The notes beneath the pieces are model-generated. The model saw only the letters and a list, made by a program, of their open reading frames with translations, searched no databases and had not been told where the DNA came from. From assembly GCF_022837055.1 (NCBI RefSeq), contig NC_062561.1, forward strand, positions 616,715 to 680,714: a stretch of DNA of 64,000 nucleotides. The letters run 5' to 3'. This DNA is from Prionailurus viverrinus (Eukaryota). Positions 56,776 to 64,000 of the stretch are shown here, one piece after another. The translations under genes and the position numbers were made by a program. Positions within the stretch are counted from its first letter, which is position 1; the number at the start of each line of letters is the position of its first letter.

Positions 56776-58735
56776 TATGCATTTTTCTTAGAACTAAGCC
56801 TACCTAGCAATTTATCCAGTTTCCACCAAATCATATCCCAGGGAGGCATTTCTGCAGAGTCTGGAGACAGGTCCAGATTCTTTTCATTCTGATTAATTGC
56901 TTTCATAGGGATAAAATTGTGGAGAATCTGGAAGCAGGTACAGTTACCATGCCTACTAGATTTCTTCTTTTGAAAAATAAGCAGGAATTCTCCAGGTAAA
57001 CTAAGAGGTAAGGGCCTGCAGACAGAGGGGAGACACATACACAGGCTGTAACAGACCTGAAAAAGCATGGTTCCTTGGGAAAATAGAAATATTTCGACTT
57101 GGCTGGAGTGACACTGATAAGAATTGCCTTTGAGAAAGAACGCTCAAGTGGTGACGAGAAGGTTGGAGTGGCCTGAGGGACACCTCAGGGCAGGGGAGAT
57201 TGTCTAGTTTGCTAAGTTGGCTTTACCAACAAACACTTATTTCTTACAGTTCTGAAGGGAGGGAGGTCCAAAATGATGATGGTGGATTTCTTCCTGGTTT
57301 CCTCATATAGCAGAGAGTAGGTGCTAGTCTCTTCCTCTTCTTATGGGGACACTAATTCCATCATGAGGCCTCGCTGAAACCTGATTACTTCCCAAAGGCT
57401 GCACCTCCTAATACCATCCCAGTGGGTGTCAGGGTTTCAACCTATGGGTTTGGGGGGAACACAAACATGCAGACTGTCACGGAGAGGAGTTTGGTGGCCC
57501 TTGTGGTAATCTAGGCAAGAGGTGGGATGAGGGCCCAAACTAAACTACTAAGGTAGTGACAGTGGAAACGGAGAGGATGCAGCACATCCGAAAGATGCCA
57601 GGGCGGTGGAGTGCACAGACTGAAGCCAGATTGGAGGGTGTGGCAGGGAGAAACGAGTCAAGAGTAACGCTGGGATCAGTGTGGCTGTTCATCAAGGCAG
57701 GGATTTGAGAGAAGCAGATCCTTCGTGGGTGTGGAAGTGACAAGTGCAGGAGGAGATGACGAGTCTGAGAGACTGATGGGACTTTGTGGGGACAGGTCCC
57801 TGAGACAGCTGGTCAGGCATCAGGAGAAAGGTCTGCACTGGGCGTGGGGATCTGGGAGTCATCGGGGGAGGCCCTAAATTGACATGGTGACACATTGGGC
57901 ATCATGCAAGGATGCAGCCCTGCGACACCTGCCTTTAAGTGTTGGTTGGCAAAGGGAAAGCAGAAAAAGACCTGAGCTGCCATGCCCAGATTCCCTAGCT
58001 TTCTGGCTTGAGGAAGCTTAAGTCTAATTCAGCTTTAAAGTATCCAGTTTTTTCTCTTCCTAAGATTCCTTGGATTAAGGCACAATAAAGAGTCTGTCAA
58101 AATTACTAGACTCAATTTTGCCTTGGTCCACATTTAGGATGTATCTATCTAAATTAATCTTATATTTAGTGCATTTTGAAGTAAGGTTAAAAAGAACGAG
58201 GTGGAGTGGTCATGAAGTCCGTAATTGAAAATATTTTTAAAAACCACACGTACTTATTAGGTAATAGGTCTAAAGCTGATTTCGTTCCCCTCCCTTCCCC
58301 TCCAAACTGTTTCCTCCTCCTGTTTTTCTGGTGGTAATAATGGCGTCACCACTTACGCAGTTGGCCAGGCGGGAACCCAGGGCATCACCCTTCGGTCCTC
58401 CCTTCCCTGTTGTCCATCATCCATCTCCAAGTAATCATCTGTTCAGGTTTCTTACCAGCTTAGGTGGCCTGCCCATCTCACCACCTCTCCTATGGCCGCT
58501 ACTGTGGGGCCCACCGTCATCCCCTCAGCCCATCAGTATGGTGCCCAAGACCCTCCCAAGCCTGGCCTCACCTGCCTCAGCCTCATTGCACTACATCCTT
58601 CCTCCCACTTCAAACCCCAGTGAGCCTGAGCTATTATTCGTCATCTTGAAAACATAATGCCATTTGAAGAGGCCCTCATTCTTCTGGTTGGAATGTCCAG
58701 ACTCCATCTGCTGGCTTAATTTCTTTTTTAAGTAA

Positions 58736-58822
58736 GATTTATGCCCAGCAAGGGACTTGAACTCATGACCCTGAGATCAAGAGTAGCATGCTCTACTGAC
58801 TGAGTCAGCCAGGTGCCCCTGT
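58736..58822 (-). mobile_element. Short tRNA-like SINE head (older type), minus
   Basis: agcaagggacttgaactcatgaccctgagatcaagagtagcatgctctactgactgagtcagccaggtgcccc. Confidence 0.7.
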
Positions 58823-60246
58823 TTGCTTAACTTAAAAGACACGTATATTTAAAAAGCCTTGGCTTCAGCGTCTCTCCACGTAAGGGAAAACTAAAGTTGT
58901 CCTTGCCTTCACCCAGGACCTTGCCTGCCACCCAAGCAGGACAGACCGCTGCTTTCTGCTCCTCTGGCAACAGTGCATATCTGCCTCACTACTCTTCATA
59001 CACTATTTACAAAGATAGAGGTCTAGTTTGTCGTCCCAAATATTTAAGCAAGGAAGTAACAGAAAAGGGTAAATAAAGAGTTAATGAGGAAATGCAGAGG
59101 AAATCTCGAGGCCAAGTCGGAAGCTGGGAGAAGCTGAATCAAGGGCCTGGCCTCCGCCTCCGTGGACGGAAGCTGCCGAGTGAGGGCTAGCTTCCCTGCT
59201 ACTCTAGACCAAGATGCTAGCCCCCTCGGAGCCCGTAGGGGAATCCACAGTTCCCGTGCCCCATCTGTGCCTTGAGGGGCTCGTCACTCTTTGGAATTCA
59301 GTTCACTTGGCTGCCTTGCAACTCAGTGTTCTGGCAGTTCAAGACAAGTTACAGTTTTGTAGATTATCCGGCTTGTTGCAACAGAAGTGACATCTTGCAT
59401 CTGTAGCCTACATAGAAACGGAAGTGCAGCCCCACTCTATTCCGTGGCAGTCCCTCAAATGAGCCCCAGGTTTTTATGCACTTCTTTCAAGGACAAACAC
59501 TGTTTACTAATCATCTCTCCATTGTTTATCCCTTCATTGGAATCCATTTCTTCATTGGGTGTTCTTGCAAATGGATATTATCATTAGTATTATATGCTCC
59601 TAAACATACTGAATTTCATGGCAGTACAGTCAAGCAGAACAGAAGATACACTTGGGGTATTAAGAGCTTCTCTGTGTAGGATCAGAAAAAATAGATCTGT
59701 CTTTTTCTGCCCTAGTCATTCATGAGTCTGTCTCCTTATGCAGTGATTATAACGCCCCTTTAAAAGAAAATGAAATGCCTTTTCTAAATAAAATGATGAG
59801 TAAACTGTAGGGTGAAAGAATCAAGTGAGGACCAAGTTAGCGAGAACTGCTGAAGCTCTCCGGCTCCTGACAGAATTACTGCCAGCTGCTGTGGAGGTCG
59901 GAGAGGCTACAGGCGCTTCCAGAAGGGGCTGTCTGGAGGCTGGCTGTGCAGAGCCCGTGCCCAGGGCCTCTGTGCGAGGACGAGGACGGTGAGGCTCCCC
60001 AGTCAGGGTGGGGTCCTGCTTCCAGGGGGCCTCCCCTCCCTCTGCCCTTTGTAGATGTCACACCGTTCCCACCCCTGGGGACCAGCTCCAGGATTCTCCT
60101 TTAGCACTACAAAATGGTATATGCCCATTTTCTGAGGAAGACTCTGGCAGATTGTAATTTAAGTGGCTCATGTAATAGGGAGGATTAACTAGCATAGAAT
60201 GCATATGCTTTTGAGTGGAAAGCTGAGTAATGTGTTTCTATTTCAG

Positions 60247-60411
60247 GATGTTTTTACTGTTAGTGTTGGAAATCTACCCCCTAAGGCTAAGGTCCTGATC
60301 AAAATTACCTACATCATGGAACTCAGCATCCAAGGCACCAGGGCCGTCTTCTTCATGCCCGCCACCGTAGCACCCTGGCAACAGGACAGAGCTTTGAATG
60401 AAAACAGTCAG
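60247..60411 (+). CDS. PARP4: PARP4 coding exon 17 (VIT domain)
   Basis: Acceptor tgtttctatttcag|G; donor acagtcag|GTtcgt. 165 nt, phase 0-0. Translates DVFTVSVGNLPPKAKVLIKITYIMELSIQGTRAVFFMPATVAPWQQDRALNENSQ (ORF track 60199..60489). Human recalled: DVFTVSVGNLPPKAKVLIKITYITELSILGTVGVFFMPATVAPWQQDKALNENLQ. Confidence 0.93.
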
Positions 60412-60759
60412 GTTCGTATGCTTAAGAAAGATTTAAAGAAGCTTTTTTTTGGTGATTTATTCACAGGGAAGAAAAAGTATCCAAAATAATCTAATCTTCG
60501 TGGTGCAAAATCTGTTTTGCTGACATTTCTGCATTTAGATACAAGGCACAGTTACACTCAATGGGTATCATATTTTTATTCTGTTCAGTCACTTAAAAAA
60601 TGTTTGTGTCTCTACTTACATGTTCATTATGAATAATTTAGATAAGCATAAAGAATGCCAAGAAACCAAAGACGAAAATTTAAACAACCCTTAATTCCAT
60701 TGCCAAAGATAGTGGCCCAAAGCTACTGGTAAACACTTTGTTGCTATTTTGTATGTATT

Positions 60760-60850
60760 TATATAAACTGTGTTTATATGTGTATGTGTATATGTATATA
60801 TAGGTGTATAGGTATATGTGTGCATATACACTCATAGAGACATATGTATA
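60760..60850 (+). repeat. (TG/TA)-rich low-complexity microsatellite
   Basis: tgtgtttatatgtgtatgtgtatatgtatatataggtgtataggtatatgtgtgcatatacac. Confidence 0.85.
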
Positions 60851-61073
60851 GTTGAAAATCTCTATTAAAATGGTCATAAATTATCCCCAATATCAGTTGC
60901 ATTTTAGAAGTTACTGTTTTTCCATGACCAAATGTTCTGTCTCGCTACTCCAACATGAGACCAGCTGTCTCATAGCTGCTGTAGGTTGTGGCCTTGGCAA
61001 CACTACTTTCCGCTTTGAGGTCTCATTGTGAAACTTAGTACTTAGTTATACATGAATATTTTTCTTTTAACAG

Positions 61074-61120
61074 GATACAGTAGAGAAGATTTATGTAAAG
61101 GAAATAGGAACAAAGCAAAG
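61074..61120 (+). CDS. PARP4: PARP4 coding exon 18
   Basis: Acceptor tttcttttaacag|G; donor gcaaag|GTtagt. 47 nt, phase 0 to 2. Translates DTVEKIYVKEIGTKQ(+ag). Human recalled: DTVEKICIKEIGTKQS. Confidence 0.9.
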
Positions 61121-61184
61121 GTTAGTACCAAAAATATAAAACCCACCAGTCATTGAATGGACTGGTTTTAAATTTTCATTTAAA

Positions 61185-61365
61185 ATTATATATATAATAC
61201 ATATTTACATATGTATTATATATATTTATTTATATATAACTTTAAAATTATATATAAATATGTGTATTTAAATATGTATATTTAAATATGTATATTAAAA
61301 TTATATGTACATATTTATATGTGCATATTTATATGTATATTATATATGTGTATATATAATTTTAA
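61185..61365 (+). repeat. TA-rich/(TATR)n low-complexity block filling most of the 316-bp intron between coding exons 18 and 19
   Basis: atatatataatacatatttacatatgtattatatatatttatttatatataactttaaaattatatataaatatgtgtatttaaatatgtatatttaaatatgtatattaaaattatatgtacatatttatatgtgcatatttatatgtatattatatatgtgtatatataa. Confidence 0.85.
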
Positions 61366-61436
61366 AAAATGACTACAAGTAGTTGTTTAATATTTAAGAT
61401 TATAGACTCAGACAACTTTCTCTTCTTTTTTGGTAG

Positions 61437-61515
61437 CTTCTCTTTGTGTATGTCCATTGAGATGCCATATGTGATTGAATTCATTTCTAGTGATACACAT
61501 GAACTGAGACAAAAG
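61437..61515 (+). CDS. PARP4: PARP4 coding exon 19
   Basis: Acceptor ctcttcttttttggtag|C; donor acaaaag|GTtagt. Phase 2 to 0. Translates (S)FSLCMSIEMPYVIEFISSDTHELRQK (ORF track 61369..61563 in frame). Human recalled: SFSLTMSIEMPYVIEFIFSDTHELKQK. Confidence 0.9.
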
Positions 61516-62677
61516 GTTAGTAAATCTTTGGTTTATTCTCTAAGAGCTCTTATTTTAGCATAGTTTTATTTTATCAAGGCAATACACACACATGGCTTAA
61601 AAAGTTACGTAATCATAATGCTAACAACGGCTTCTACAACAAGCTGCAGTCGGTTCTACCCTGCTGCTTCCAGACCCGCCTCCAGAGACAGTGAACCACT
61701 TTAAATACTTTACCTCCTTTCTGCTGGCCTCCAAAGTTGTGAATGATACATTTTTTTACTGCTTGTTCTTGACTCATCTATTTCAAAAGTATTTTTTTGG
61801 CTTCTTACTTCAGTAGACGAAAATCTGATTATCTTGCCTCTCCGCTACCCTCAGTCGCACACAGATTAAAACTCTTCGGAATACTGTTTTTCACTGCTGA
61901 ATGCTCCCAGTAATTCGGAAATGTTTTCCCCCTGAGACCCTCTTCCTTTTCCGTGTCTCCACTGCAGCCCAGCCTGGTTACTGCAGGGCAGGGGTTGTCC
62001 CAGGGCCTTTCTTTTCTGATTCTCCTTTGCAGGACTTTTGTTCCTTATCCTCTTTCTTGTGTTACTCCTTCCATTGGCAGAGCACAGCCTCCACTCACTT
62101 CCTGAGTAGGTGGAGTGTGTGGGCAGCAGTGCCTGAAGCTGTCCTCATCCCATGTGTTAATGCTGATCATTTGTTGAGGTTTTCATCTCGGGTTGAAAAT
62201 CACCCTCTGAAAATACTGAAAACGTTATCTTCTAGCTTCTAGTGTTACTTCTGAGAACTTAAATGCTATTCTTATCCCCCATTCCTTGTATGTAATCTCT
62301 TTTGTTTTGTTTTAACTTCTACAAGAATTTCAGATCTTCTTTTTATCCCTGGTATTCTGAAATTTTATAAGAAGGTGATACTCATTCATTGTATGCAACT
62401 CGTAGCCTTTAGTGCTGGAAATTTTTGTTATATTTTTAAAAATAAGTTGTTCCTCTCTCCTGTACCTTTTGCATTGCCTTTCAATCAGGTGTCCCCTGGA
62501 TGGAGCCTCTTGTTTTCTTTCTTTTTTTCTCCTGTTGACCATTGTATTGTTTTCTTGTTCTACTTTCTGAGTGATATTTTCAATTTTAAATTCCAACCAT
62601 TCTACTGAAATTTTTATTTTAGTTCTAATATTTTTAATTTGCAAGAGCTCTTTTCTGCTCTGTAAATATTACTCTTG

Positions 62678-62885
62678 GGGGGCACCTGCGTGGCTCAGTC
62701 GGTTCAGTGTCCAACTCTTGATTTTGGCTCAGGCCGTGATTCCAGGGTCATGAGATCGAATCCCACATCAGGCTCTGCACTGAGCATGGAGCCTTCTTGG
62801 GATTCTCTCTCTCCCTCTGCCTCTCCCTCATGTGTTCTCTCTCTAAAATATGAATGAATGAATGAATGAATGAATGAGTGATTGA
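62678..62885 (+). mobile_element. Carnivore SINE (SINEC_c-like) followed by (TGAA)n microsatellite
   Basis: ggggggcacctgcgtggctcagtcggttcagtgtccaactcttgattttggctcaggccgtgattccagggtcatgagatcgaatcccacatcaggctctgcactgagcatggagccttcttgggattctctc... then tgaatgaatgaatgaatgaatgaatgagtgattgaat. Confidence 0.85.
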
Positions 62886-63902
62886 ATATTCCTTTTTTAT
62901 AGCATCTTTGTGTGTTTCATGAATGCAGTACCTTCCCTTTCTTATCTCTCTGAAAATACATTTTTTCTTCTCTTCCCTGTGTTGTGTCCTTTTTCTTTGA
63001 GCTCTCTTTTCCTTCTGGCTTTTGCTTTTTGTTCTCTATATTTTGTGTTAGAGGCTTTTCCTTAAATGCCTGGGTGACCCCTCTGTGCTCGTGTCTAACT
63101 GAGACACACACAAAGCTAGCTAGATGCTGTGAGGTGGGGTGAGTGGTTGGGAGGCCCTGCACGGGAGGCCCTGGCAACTGGCTGGCTGTTTGATGGTGAG
63201 TCTCATGGTAGTGTTTTAGCCTTTCTGCAGTTATTCAGAACTCCTCTAGGGTATTCATAAAGTATAACTGGGGAGAGGGACTGAGGGGCCCACACTTAGG
63301 ATGCCACCTTGCACGTCCTTCCCCAGTTTACGTCACTGCACACCTATGCTTCGTTATACCCAGGATTCCTGTAGATACTCTTTGCTTGAATTTCTCTAAG
63401 TAATGAATCTTCAGTTTCCTTAATTGAGAGAACAGGGCTCTAGCTATCGGTGCTAGCTGCTTGGCTACTTAGAGCAGGGAGGAGGTCTGCACCAAGGCAA
63501 CTGAGTGCATAGTCTCCTCGCTAGTACTGTTGTTTTCTGCAGTACCTCCAAGGTGTAACCCTTCCTGAGTCGCTGCAGTCCTCCACCCAGATGGTACCTT
63601 CCTCCACTCTCTCTACACCTTCCACCACACCTCTGTCAGCTTTGTTGAGATCTCTCATCTGCGACCGTCTTCGTTCCTACTCTCCATGTCTTTAAGGGTT
63701 GATACCCTCTAATTGATTCCCTCTTATGGTAGGGGGTTTTAGGATTTTGGTAGAGAATGGAGATAAACGCATGCATTTAGTCCATCCTGAACAAGAAGCC
63801 CTCTGCATCAGGTAGCTTTTGCTGTGAAACAATCTCAAAACTTTATGGTTTAAAACAATAACATTTGTTATTTCTCACAGTTTTGTGAATTGGCTGGGCA
63901 GT

Positions 63903-64000
63903 TCTTTTTTTTTTTTTTTTTAACGTTTATTTATTTTTGAGACAGAGAGAGATAGAGCATGATCAGGGGAGGGTCAGAGAGAGAGACACAGAACCTGAAA
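63903..64000 (-). mobile_element. Carnivore SINE, minus (cut by window end)
   Basis: (t)16aacgtttatttatttttgagacagagagagatagagcatgatcaggggagggtcagagagagagacacagaacctgaaa. Confidence 0.8.

Noticed and set aside
7760-62760. tRNA-like sequences (ggctcagtcggttaagcg..., ggatagctcagtgggtagagcatg...) as candidate tRNA genes
   Set aside because: They are the tRNA-derived heads of carnivore SINEs (about 40 copies, followed by the SINE body, (CT)n and A-rich tails). None has a complete cloverleaf with acceptor stem and CCA-compatible 3' end outside the SINE context
1-64000. Any prokaryotic-type system (operons, CRISPR array, defence island) as hinted by the task wording
   Set aside because: The window is unmistakably mammalian nuclear DNA: spliced PARP4 exons with AG/GT introns, CpG islands, SINE/LINE/MIR/DNA-transposon repeats. 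The only tandem arrays are microsatellites and a minisatellite, with no repeat-spacer architecture

Overview
This is a mammalian nuclear window, not a prokaryotic one. It is almost certainly from a carnivore, most likely a felid, because it carries about 40 tRNA-derived carnivore SINEs of the GGGGCGCCTGGGTGGCTCAGTCGGTTAAGCGTCCGACTTCGGCTCAGGTCATGATCTCGCGGTCCGTGAGTTCGAGCCCCGCGTCGGGCTCTGTGCTGACAGCTCAGAGCCTGGAGCCTG... type with (CT)n and A-rich tails. The one protein-coding gene I can support is the 5' half of PARP4 (vault poly(ADP-ribose) polymerase) on the + strand. I traced 19 consecutive coding exons (ATG exon at 16357 through the exon ending at 61515) with canonical AG/GT boundaries and consistent phase. 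Their conceptual translation matches PARP4 as I remember the human protein: BRCT region, PARP catalytic region with the H-G-S / Y / E motifs, and the VIT region. Two CpG islands lie upstream (about 2.5-3.5 kb and 10.1-10.8 kb) and are candidate promoters or noncoding first exons. The rest is interspersed repeats (SINEs, MIRs, L1 fragments, one TIR-bounded DNA transposon) and microsatellites. The stand-out feature is a 3.4-3.9 kb C-rich tandem array in the PARP4 intron between the exons ending at 45107 and starting at 55120. It leaves all three + frames stop-free, including a 1226-codon ORF, and has a G-rich mirror-image block at its 5' edge. I interpret it as an intronic minisatellite with G4/i-motif and splice-decoy potential, not a gene. 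I see no CRISPR array, no prokaryotic system and no true tRNA or rRNA genes. Coordinates of repeats are approximate (about +/-10 bp); exon coordinates were counted base by base and cross-checked against the ORF track where possible.
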